Assembly: GCA_963827685.1 (NCBI GenBank)
Contig: CAWHBU010000007.1
Location: 1 to 64,000 of the forward strand
Length of the DNA stretch: 64,000 bases
Reading direction: 5' to 3'
Origin: an uncultured delta proteobacterium
GTDB taxonomy: Bacteria > Desulfobacterota > BSN033 > UBA1163
Under the pieces are notes generated by a model that was not told the DNA's origin, did not search any database, and worked only from the letters and a program-made list of their open reading frames with translations. This document shows positions 56,360-64,000 of this stretch, piece by piece (position 1 is the stretch's first letter; each line of letters opens with the position of its first letter). Made by a program: the position numbers and the translations under genes.

Positions 56360-57541
56360 TCACACCACCCTGCAGATCAGACCCCTCAGATATTCTCCTT
56401 CGGGATGGCACAGATTGATGGGATGATCCGAGGGATGTCCCATTCGACCGATGAGCTGAACACTTCTTCCTGAATCCAATGCCGCAGAAAACACAATTTT
56501 CTGAAATAGATCCCAACTCATATGATGAGAGCAAGAGAAGGTGAGGAGGAGACCTTCCCTATTCAACAAACGGAAGGCCCAGAGATTGAGATCTTTGTAT
56601 CCCCTCGATGCGCTTGGAAGATGCCCCTTTTTCTTAGCAAATGGAGGAGGATCGAGAATCACCATATCGTACCCGGGTTCAAGGCCTCGCATGATCTCAA
56701 AGACATCTCCTCGAATGCATCGATGGGGGATTTTCTCCAATAGATTTAAACTGAAATGTTCCTCTGCCATCGCCAAAGCCTCCTCAGAGGAATCGATGAG
56801 CGTAACCTCTTTGGCACCTCCTGATCCCGCATGAATGGAAAAACCTCCGGTATAGGAGAAGCAGTCCAAAATCTTCTTTCCCCCTGAGAGACTTCTTACA
56901 GAGAAGCGATTTTCTCTCTGATCCAAGTAAAAACCAGTTTTCTGCCCCTTTTTTACGTTGACTCTGAAACGGCAACCATATTCTCCAATCTCAATCCATT
57001 CCGGAACATCCTTCCCATAGAGAAGGCCGCTACTCTCTGACAATCCTTCCTCGCCCCTCGTTGCCACATCGCTTCTCTCGTAAATACTCTGGGGACGGAA
57101 TTCTTTTGCCAGCAAATTGGTCAACATCCCTTTTAACCGATCCATCCCTGCTGTCAAACATTGGAGAACCAGAGTCTCTCTATAACGATCCACAATCAAC
57201 CCCGGGAGATAGTCTCCTTCTCCATTGATGACCCGATGAGCATTGGTCTTCCCTTTGAGCCAATCCTCTCTTAAACCAACCGCTCTTGAAATCCGCTCAC
57301 TAAAAAACTCTTCTCCAAGTTCTTCCTTTTTTTGCGTCAGGAGGCGAACGATGATTTGGGAGCGAGGATTGAAATATCCAAGGCCTAAGAATTGACCTCC
57401 CTTAGAATAAACCTCCCCAACTTCCCCTGGAGAGACTTCTCCCTCTACCTTGGCGACCGCTCCGGAGAAGACCCAAGGATGTCCCCGAAGGAGGGGCCTT
57501 TCTCTCCCTTTCTTCAATATGATCCTGGGAAGGGTAACCAT
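56360..57541 (-). CDS. rlmI: RlmI-like rRNA m5C methyltransferase
   Basis: GHPWVFS PUA domain, GQKTGFYLDQR, LDPPPFAK, FSCS. Confidence 0.88.
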   Translation of the reverse strand: MVTLPRIILKKGRERPLLRGHPWVFSGAVAKVEGEVSPGEVGEVYSKGGQFLGLGYFNPRSQIIVRLLTQKKEELGEEFFSERISRAVGLREDWLKGKTNAHRVINGEGDYLPGLIVDRYRETLVLQCLTAGMDRLKGMLTNLLAKEFRPQSIYERSDVATRGEEGLSESSGLLYGKDVPEWIEIGEYGCRFRVNVKKGQKTGFYLDQRENRFSVRSLSGGKKILDCFSYTGGFSIHAGSGGAKEVTLIDSSEEALAMAEEHFSLNLLEKIPHRCIRGDVFEIMRGLEPGYDMVILDPPPFAKKKGHLPSASRGYKDLNLWAFRLLNREGLLLTFSCSHHMSWDLFQKIVFSAALDSGRSVQLIGRMGHPSDHPINLCHPEGEYLRGLICRVV

Positions 57542-57605
57542 TTTTTTAGCAGTGGATGAGGTGAGGAGGGATTCTGCGCGTTATAGTTAACATCTTTTCA
57601 AAGTA

Positions 57606-57680
57606 GTCATTGCCAGGAGTCCCTTTTTGGCGGGATGACGTGGCAATCTCATGGGATTGCTTCACTCCGTTTGCAATGAC
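57606..57680. repeat. REP-like palindrome GTCATTGC..GCAATGAC
   Basis: Terminal inverted repeat; internal GCAATC..GATTGC. Confidence 0.65.
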
Positions 57681-57769
57681 ACCCCGCTACAGTAGAACAG
57701 GGGAAGGTGGGTATTGGCCAATAGGATGAATAGTATTTCCGGTCTTATTTTTTTCTTTGGTAAATCTCT

Positions 57770-58789
57770 TTATCTTCCCATCTCCCCATCTTTCCTTTGA
57801 AACGCTCTCTCGATCAAGTTTCCAACGAACTCCGTATAGGTCGTCCCTTGAACTTTGAGGGCTCTGGTCATCCCGGATTGAGGAGAAATATCCGGGTTGG
57901 GATTTACTTCTAACACAAAGATTTTCCCATCCCGGTCAATCCGGAGATCCACCCTCGCATAATCCCGACATTCGAATAGTTTAAAAACTCTCATAGCGAT
58001 ATGTTCCACTCTCTTTTTCATCACCCATTCCAACGGGGCAGGACAGACCGGTTTTGATTTTTGATACTCGGGACTCTCTGTGACCCATTTGGCTTCGTAT
58101 CCGCATATTTTGGGGACCCCTTCCGGAAACTCGGAGTAGTCGATCTCTGAGACAGGAAGGATTCCCACCTTCCCATTGGTCTCCATCAAACCCACATTCA
58201 ACTCTCTGCCTTCGATATATTCCTCCACCAAAGCAGGCTGTTGATATTGTTCGATCACATATTGAATCTGTTTGCTCAAGGTCTCGTCGTCAAAGACCAC
58301 ACTCTCTCTCGAGATCCCAAGACTCCCATCTTCGTGAAGAGGCTTGACGATGATCGGAAAGATATTCCCCTTCACGGGGCCTGCCGCCCGCTCAAAGATT
58401 TTATATCGGGGGGTCAGGATTCCTTGAGACTGGAGGATGTCTTTTACTTTTCCTTTGTCCTGACACAACCCGAGCGTAAGAGGAGCAGATCCGGTATAGG
58501 GAATTCGAAAAAGATCTAATAAAGCGGGAACATTCATCTCCCAGCAGCTGTTCCCGTAAACACTTTCGCACAAATTGAAGGCGACATCGGGTTGGTATTC
58601 CCTCAACCAGTGGATGACCGGGAAAATCTCCTCACGAACAGCTATGGCAACGCATTCATGCCCGAGAGATCGGAGCGCATTTTCTACCGCTTCGATCTCC
58701 TCGACGATAGCACCCTCTGCCAGGATATCCTTTTCCTCCCCTTTCTGGAGCCGGTCAAAAAGATTGTACAAGATCACCACTTTTAGCAC
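57770..58789 (-). CDS. D-Ala-D-Ala ligase-like ATP-grasp protein
   Basis: FNLCE, PYTGS, DK..K, IVKP.HEDGS.GI, RVD.R, LEVNPNP. Confidence 0.88.
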   Translation of the reverse strand: MLKVVILYNLFDRLQKGEEKDILAEGAIVEEIEAVENALRSLGHECVAIAVREEIFPVIHWLREYQPDVAFNLCESVYGNSCWEMNVPALLDLFRIPYTGSAPLTLGLCQDKGKVKDILQSQGILTPRYKIFERAAGPVKGNIFPIIVKPLHEDGSLGISRESVVFDDETLSKQIQYVIEQYQQPALVEEYIEGRELNVGLMETNGKVGILPVSEIDYSEFPEGVPKICGYEAKWVTESPEYQKSKPVCPAPLEWVMKKRVEHIAMRVFKLFECRDYARVDLRIDRDGKIFVLEVNPNPDISPQSGMTRALKVQGTTYTEFVGNLIERAFQRKDGEMGR

Positions 58790-59006
58790 GGATCCTATCC
58801 TCTCCTTTCCACACTATAATGCAGACACTGGACTCTCGCCTGCCAAAGAACTTGTTCGGCGAGCAGGTCGGACTTTAGACTTAACTTCTAATCGTAAGGC
58901 GTTAGTCGTAAGGCGTAAGGGGTAACTCCTAACGACTGGCGACTTACGCTTTCACGCAAAAAAGTCTGATGCCTATGCTCTAATGTCTGAATCACAGTTA
59001 CCACGC

Positions 59007-60308
59007 TCAAGCGATCACCTTCTTTGAAACAGCCTTTTCATCCCCCGCGGACCTGGATTTTTTGAATTCAATGATATTCGGCTCTGGATACTCAAAAACC
59101 TTCCCCTCATAATTTCTCAAGACGATCTTCCCCCTACCCTTTGAGACCACGTAATCGGGTTGCAATGGGATCTTTCCTCCGCCCCCCGGTGCGTCGACGA
59201 CATAAGTAGGAACAGCATAACCTGTCGTGTGGCCACGTAATTTTTCCATAATCTGAATCCCTGTCGCCACAGAGGTCCGGAAGTGTTGCGTTCCCATGGC
59301 CAGGTCGCATTGATAGATATAATAGGGGCGGACCCGGATCTTGAGGAGCTCCTGAAGTAGCTTCTTCATAATATAGGGTTTATCATTGATCCCCTTGAGA
59401 AGGACCGTTTGACTTCCCAAAGGAATCCCCCCATCTGCCAGTTCGCCACAAGCTCTCCTCACCCGATCAGTGATCTCCTTCGGATGGGTAAAATGGATAG
59501 AGATCATGAGGGGATGATACTTCTTCAACATCCTCACCAACCCAGTGGTGATTCTCTGGGGAAGTGTCACCGGAACTCTCGTCCCGATCCGTAGGACTTC
59601 AATATGGGGAAGCGCCCTCAATCGGCTCAACATCTCCTCCAACCTCTCATTTTCCAGGAGGAGTGGATCTCCTCCTGATAAGAGGACATCTCGAACCTTT
59701 CGATGGCTTTTCAAATACTTGAGGACTTCCTCAAAATTTCCTTGGGTGATAGACCGCTCGTTGCTTCCCACCAATCGTCTCCGCGTGCAGTATCGGCAAT
59801 AGACGGCGCATTGATCCGTGACCAGCAAAAGCACTCGATCCGGATAGCGATGGACAAGACCCGGCACGGGGGAATGCTTGTCCTCTCCTAAAGGATCCAC
59901 CATTTCGCTTTTTGACAGATGGATTTCCTCGATTCGAGGGATGGCTTGTCTTCGGATGGGGCAATTGGGATTGATCGGGTCCATCAGGCTTGCAAAATAA
60001 GGGGTGACGGCTAAGGCTAATCTTCCTTTCGAATGCTTGATCCCCTCTATCTCCTCAGGGATCAAATCGATGATCTCTTTGAGTTGTTCAAGAGTGGTCA
60101 CTCGATGTCTGAGTTGCCACCTCCAATCATTCCATTCCTTTTCTGAAACTCCCTTCCAAACCTGAGGAATGGTCTCTGTTGATTCTTCAATCTTTTCCCC
60201 TTCCATCTGAAGGGGAAACAAATAAAGCTGCGAGGCCCTTCTCACCCCCCTTGGGGGGACGGACAAATTAGAGTCTGAAGCAGGCTCCATCTTCTCTCCT
60301 TCCCGCAT
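59007..60308 (-). CDS. kamA: KamA-family radical SAM/PLP 2,3-aminomutase
   Basis: HRYPDR, CAVYCRYCTR, LSGGDP, DAPGGGGK; start may be slightly downstream (MEPASD). Confidence 0.9.
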   Translation of the reverse strand: MREGEKMEPASDSNLSVPPRGVRRASQLYLFPLQMEGEKIEESTETIPQVWKGVSEKEWNDWRWQLRHRVTTLEQLKEIIDLIPEEIEGIKHSKGRLALAVTPYFASLMDPINPNCPIRRQAIPRIEEIHLSKSEMVDPLGEDKHSPVPGLVHRYPDRVLLLVTDQCAVYCRYCTRRRLVGSNERSITQGNFEEVLKYLKSHRKVRDVLLSGGDPLLLENERLEEMLSRLRALPHIEVLRIGTRVPVTLPQRITTGLVRMLKKYHPLMISIHFTHPKEITDRVRRACGELADGGIPLGSQTVLLKGINDKPYIMKKLLQELLKIRVRPYYIYQCDLAMGTQHFRTSVATGIQIMEKLRGHTTGYAVPTYVVDAPGGGGKIPLQPDYVVSKGRGKIVLRNYEGKVFEYPEPNIIEFKKSRSAGDEKAVSKKVIA

Positions 60309-60499
60309 ATCTGCTGAGAGGACGCCGGTCCCCTGCCTGACCCGCCTTTTTAGAAAATAAAAAAGGAGATATCTTTAGATACCTCCTCCATCAAGACAAA
60401 GAGAAAAAAACCTTCTTCCTGATTAGCAGATATGCACCTTTTTTTCTTTTTGCGTTGGACTCGAATAACAGATCCCTCTCTTGGATAAAATTCACTTTT

Positions 60500-60537
60500 G
60501 TTGGCGCCCCCTTTCTATTAAAGAGGGGGGCGCCAAC
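60500..60537. terminator. Strong GC hairpin after the small lipoprotein gene
   Basis: GTTGGCGCCCCC/GGGGGCGCCAAC; no clear U-tract. Confidence 0.5.
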
Positions 60538-60558
60538 GCTTGGACCACCAAACAAACG

Positions 60559-60753
60559 TTACTTCTTGGGGGCTTCAGGAGCCGGAGCCGGCACTGCGGT
60601 TGTCGCAGGCGCTGGCGGAGCCGGTGCCTCAGGTGGTTTCGCCTCCTCTTTGGCTGCCGGCTTCGGTGCCTCCTTGGCTTTGCACCCAATTCCCATTGCG
60701 GCAATATTAATCACCAATACCATTGCGAGGAAAAGAAAAATCCACTTCTTCAT
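60559..60753 (-). CDS. Small Pro/Ala/Lys-rich lipoprotein
   Basis: Signal peptide with IGC lipobox; SD GGAGGTG; overlaps the upstream stop. Confidence 0.7.
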   Translation of the reverse strand: MKKWIFLFLAMVLVINIAAMGIGCKAKEAPKPAAKEEAKPPEAPAPPAPATTAVPAPAPEAPKK

Positions 60754-61184
60754 GTAACTTCACCTCCTTTCTGAATGAAATGGGAACCCTCCCCTTTTTT
60801 CCCAAATGAAGGAGTTTTCACCTCATCGGGAAAAGAAATCTCTCGGATGACCTTTCGTAACAACCTTGGATCAACAGGCTTTTTGATAATACGATGAATC
60901 CCCATTTTTTTCAATCGAATAGTGAGTTCGTCAGTGACCAAAGGGGTCATCAGTATAAAACGGTCATTCCATTTCTTCAGGAGAGAAAACCCCTTTTCCA
61001 AAACATCGATCTCCACGTCAGCTAAGATCATCCCTCCTTCAATATCTTTCTTTCTTTTTTCGAGTTGAGAAAAATCCTCAATCTCCTCTACATGAAAACC
61101 ATACTTCTTCAAAATTTTATTCAGGCTGAGCCGCACAAACTCATCTTTATCAAGGATAAAGGCCCATTTCAGCTTTTCCTTCAT
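60750..61184 (-). CDS. Atypical stand-alone receiver-domain protein
   Basis: FILDKDEFVR..L..YGF.V..ILADV..ILMT..IIKKPVD. Confidence 0.65.
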   Translation of the reverse strand: MKEKLKWAFILDKDEFVRLSLNKILKKYGFHVEEIEDFSQLEKRKKDIEGGMILADVEIDVLEKGFSLLKKWNDRFILMTPLVTDELTIRLKKMGIHRIIKKPVDPRLLRKVIREISFPDEVKTPSFGKKGEGSHFIQKGGEVT

Positions 61185-61196
61185 AAAGGAATACTA

Positions 61197-61212
61197 TTCA
61201 AACTTCATGCCA
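61197..61212 (-). promoter_or_regulatory. sigma54-like promoter
   Basis: TGGCAT-GAAGT-TTGAA (one mismatch at -12), just downstream of an NtrC-type gene. Confidence 0.55.
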
Positions 61213-61419
61213 AATTTTTTTTGATCTATTTCAACCGGCATTTTAAAACCGTAATAATATTGACAGGTTAAATCTTTATTGTTTCCACTTTATCCATATT
61301 AATCCAAAATGATAAAAATAAAAAGGGAAAAAATGACATACCCATTTCAAAGATACGCGACAAAATGCCATCATAATGCAGCTCATATAATGGAAGGGAG
61401 ACCTTTTGTCCCCCTTTCA

Positions 61420-62799
61420 CTATCTATCCAGTTTCCCCCATATACCGGGTGTTTCTACTATCTCCCCTATTTTCCGATGAATCGTTCGGACATTGATCCC
61501 CAGCAGTTTAGCTGCCTTTCGTTTATTTCCTTTCGTCGCTCGGAGCGTCTGAATTAGCATCTCCTTTTCAACCTCATCAAGGGGCGTTCCTATTTTGAAA
61601 TGGATCAGCTCGGGTTTCCCTTGAAGATCTCGCATCTCCTGTGGAAGGTGCTGGATATCAACTACCTTTGGACTGCTGATGACCATCATGGATTCGATGG
61701 TGTTCTCCAACTCTCTGACATTTCCTGTCCATTCGTAATCCATCAGAAGATTCATGGTCCTCTGAGAAACTCCCTCCACTTTCATATTATACTTTTGATT
61801 ATATTTTTCAATAAAAAAATTGACAAGAAAGGGAATATCCTCCCGCCGATCCCTCAAGGTGGGAAGTTTGATATTGACCACGTTCAGACGATAATAGAGG
61901 TCTTCTCGAAATATTCCGCGCTTCACGGCCTCCTGGAGATCTCGGTTGCTTGCCGCAATGATTCGGATATTCACTTTGATCGTCTTGTTCCCCCCTACCT
62001 TTTCGAATTCGCCTTCCTGAAGGACCCGTAAAAGTTTGATCTGGGTAGCCGGAGGAATATCCTCCACCTCATCCAAAAAAAGGGTCCCTTGATGGGCCAA
62101 TTCAAATCGACCCTTTCGGGAGGCAATCGCCCCGGTGAAGGCTCCCTTCTCATGGCCGAAAAGCTCGCTTTCGATAATCCCTTCGCTTAAGGAGGCACAG
62201 CTCACCTTGATAAAGGGCATGGGGGCTCGCGGGCTATTGTAATGAATGGCATTGGCAATCAGTTCTTTCCCTGTTCCGCTCTCGCCGATGATGAGAACCG
62301 AACTATCGTAGGGCGCAATATGGCGGATGAGTTCAAAGATTTTTACCATCTTCTCGCTTCTTCCGATGATATTTTTGAAATGAAACTTATCTTCCAATCT
62401 GGAGCGCAAGTCTCGATTTTGGAGGATCAGCGTCTGTTTCTCCAACGCCCTTTCCACCAACAGGGAGATCACTCTCGGGTTGATCGGTTTTTCGATAAAA
62501 TCGAAGGCGCCCAATTTCATTGCCTGAACCGCCTTCTCAATCGTCCCCTGGGCAGAAATGACGATGACCTCAGTCTCCGGCCTCAGACCCTTCACGGCTT
62601 CTAAAAGCTCGATCCCATCCATCTTCGGCATGACCACGTCGGTGATCACCAGATCAACGATCCTATGCCGAAAAAGTTGGAGGCCCTCTTTCCCATTCAG
62701 GGCCAGGAGGATTTCGTGCCCCTTCTTTCTTAACAAAAGGCGAAGGCTCTCCCCAACGGTGGGGTCATCCTCCACAATGAGAATCACTTTCTTTTCCAT
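61420..62799 (-). CDS. NtrC-family sigma54 response regulator
   Basis: REC domain, GESGTGKE, GAFTGA, LFLDE, Fis HTH. Confidence 0.95.
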   Translation of the reverse strand: MEKKVILIVEDDPTVGESLRLLLRKKGHEILLALNGKEGLQLFRHRIVDLVITDVVMPKMDGIELLEAVKGLRPETEVIVISAQGTIEKAVQAMKLGAFDFIEKPINPRVISLLVERALEKQTLILQNRDLRSRLEDKFHFKNIIGRSEKMVKIFELIRHIAPYDSSVLIIGESGTGKELIANAIHYNSPRAPMPFIKVSCASLSEGIIESELFGHEKGAFTGAIASRKGRFELAHQGTLFLDEVEDIPPATQIKLLRVLQEGEFEKVGGNKTIKVNIRIIAASNRDLQEAVKRGIFREDLYYRLNVVNIKLPTLRDRREDIPFLVNFFIEKYNQKYNMKVEGVSQRTMNLLMDYEWTGNVRELENTIESMMVISSPKVVDIQHLPQEMRDLQGKPELIHFKIGTPLDEVEKEMLIQTLRATKGNKRKAAKLLGINVRTIHRKIGEIVETPGIWGKLDR

Positions 62800-62943
62800 A
62801 TCCTCATCATAAATCAGTTCGGAGTTATTAGTTCGGCCTGCCTTCGCCGAAGCGGCTACGCGCAGGCAGGAGTTCGGAGTGTCTTTATTTCTAATTCTCG
62901 GTGACATATCTTCACTCCTAACTCCTAACTCAGAACTCTGAAC

Positions 62944-64000
62944 TTATGTTTTTTGGCCAAGGGGAATTCGAATCTTAAAGACGGACCCTTTATTGACCTC
63001 GCTTTTCACAGAGATCTCTCCGTGATGGTCTGAAATAATCTTTTTGGCAATCGAGAGCCCCAACCCGGACCCCATGGGCTTGGTGCTGAACATAAAATCG
63101 AAAATCTTGGGGAGATGCTCTTTAGAGATTCCCACCCCATTATCTTGGATGACGACGAAGATGTTTTTTTTTGATCCTCGAGTGAGGAGATGGATTTCCC
63201 CTTTTTCAGAGACCGCCTGAATACTGTTGATGAGGAGATTCGAAATAGCCAAATTGAATTGGCTGACATCGATCTTCAGCATGGGCAACTTTTTTTGAAA
63301 ATGGGTGTCAATCCTTGCATTCTTCATTTGGGCATCTGGCCTTAAAAGCCGAACCACGGAGTCCAACACTTCGTTCAGTTGGATCCATTCAAATTTCAGG
63401 GGGGGGAGACGATTGAAATCTAAAAATTCTTTCAGATTATTCTCCAGGCGAAGGGTTTCGTAACTGATAAAATTGATCAGGGAATGAATCTCTTCTTTCT
63501 GGGAGATCTGGGCTTCTCCTCTCAACTCCTCTCTTAATAATTCAATATTGATGTTTAAGGAGCTTAAGGGATTTCGAATCTCATGGGCCATCCATCTTGC
63601 CAGCATTCCGATGGTGGAAAGATCCCGACTCTTGCTGATCTCCCTCAAGAGCAGACCTTTCTCCGTGACATCGGCAAACGTTGCCAAACAGCCCAAAAAC
63701 ATCGCCCCTTTCTTATCAAAAATGGGGTAAAAGCTGCAATGAAGGATCCGGGTCTGCTGGCTTGAAGAAGGGGCAGGGGGAACATGGATCGCCAGCTCGA
63801 CATCGTGATTACTCTCTCTCTTCTCGTAAACGAAATCAAAGTGCTTCTTGATATTCTTATAAGGGATGGCCCTCTCCAATCTCTTTCCCAGCACCTTTTT
63901 TCCACTGATCTGAAAATACTTCTCTGCGATGAAATTGAAGATTTGAATTCGCCCTTGCGCGTCGGCAAAGACGACCGCCTCTTTAAAATTTCTCAAGATA
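62944..64000 (-). CDS. PAS sensor histidine kinase (5' end outside the window)
   Basis: AHEIRNPL, NLLINS, DNGVG, GSGLGL. Confidence 0.92.
   Translation of the reverse strand, partial: ILRNFKEAVVFADAQGRIQIFNFIAEKYFQISGKKVLGKRLERAIPYKNIKKHFDFVYEKRESNHDVELAIHVPPAPSSSQQTRILHCSFYPIFDKKGAMFLGCLATFADVTEKGLLLREISKSRDLSTIGMLARWMAHEIRNPLSSLNINIELLREELRGEAQISQKEEIHSLINFISYETLRLENNLKEFLDFNRLPPLKFEWIQLNEVLDSVVRLLRPDAQMKNARIDTHFQKKLPMLKIDVSQFNLAISNLLINSIQAVSEKGEIHLLTRGSKKNIFVVIQDNGVGISKEHLPKIFDFMFSTKPMGSGLGLSIAKKIISDHHGEISVKSEVNKGSVFKIRIPLGQKT

Overview
About 47% GC chromosomal window from an anaerobic Desulfobacterota (deltaproteobacterial)-type bacterium; the taxon is inferred from gene content and rRNA style. 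Most genes lie on the minus strand. In order: an accessory stretch (two BrnT-type toxin-antitoxin pairs, DUF3795 pseudogene remnants, an 827-aa restriction-nuclease/P-loop ATPase fusion); a DMT transporter and Zn-ADH; a sigma54-driven DUF4388/HAMP module; a complete rRNA operon (16S, tRNA-Ile, tRNA-Ala, 23S, 5S); tyrS-ymdB-rny-[830-bp non-coding]-zapA-zapB-like-prfB (+1 frameshift); sucDC; a TPR gene; a LacI-headed ~18-kb run joining mdh, fumarase, menA, two HdrBC pairs, three HdrA, MvhD, an FdhB-like subunit and an anchorless fumarate-reductase-like pair; acyl-CoA ligase, Re-citrate synthase and aspS; an islet of three tiny nuclease-like genes facing an XRE regulator; rlmI, ATP-grasp and KamA; and a sigma54 two-component system. 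Best leads: (1) a ~560-750-nt, G-U-rich, colinearly paired RNA structure at the usual 6S RNA locus; (2) the Hdr/fumarate-reductase cluster; (3) the mini-nuclease islet; (4) the nuclease-ATPase fusion. All calls are by-eye motif recognition; no searches or folding programs were run.
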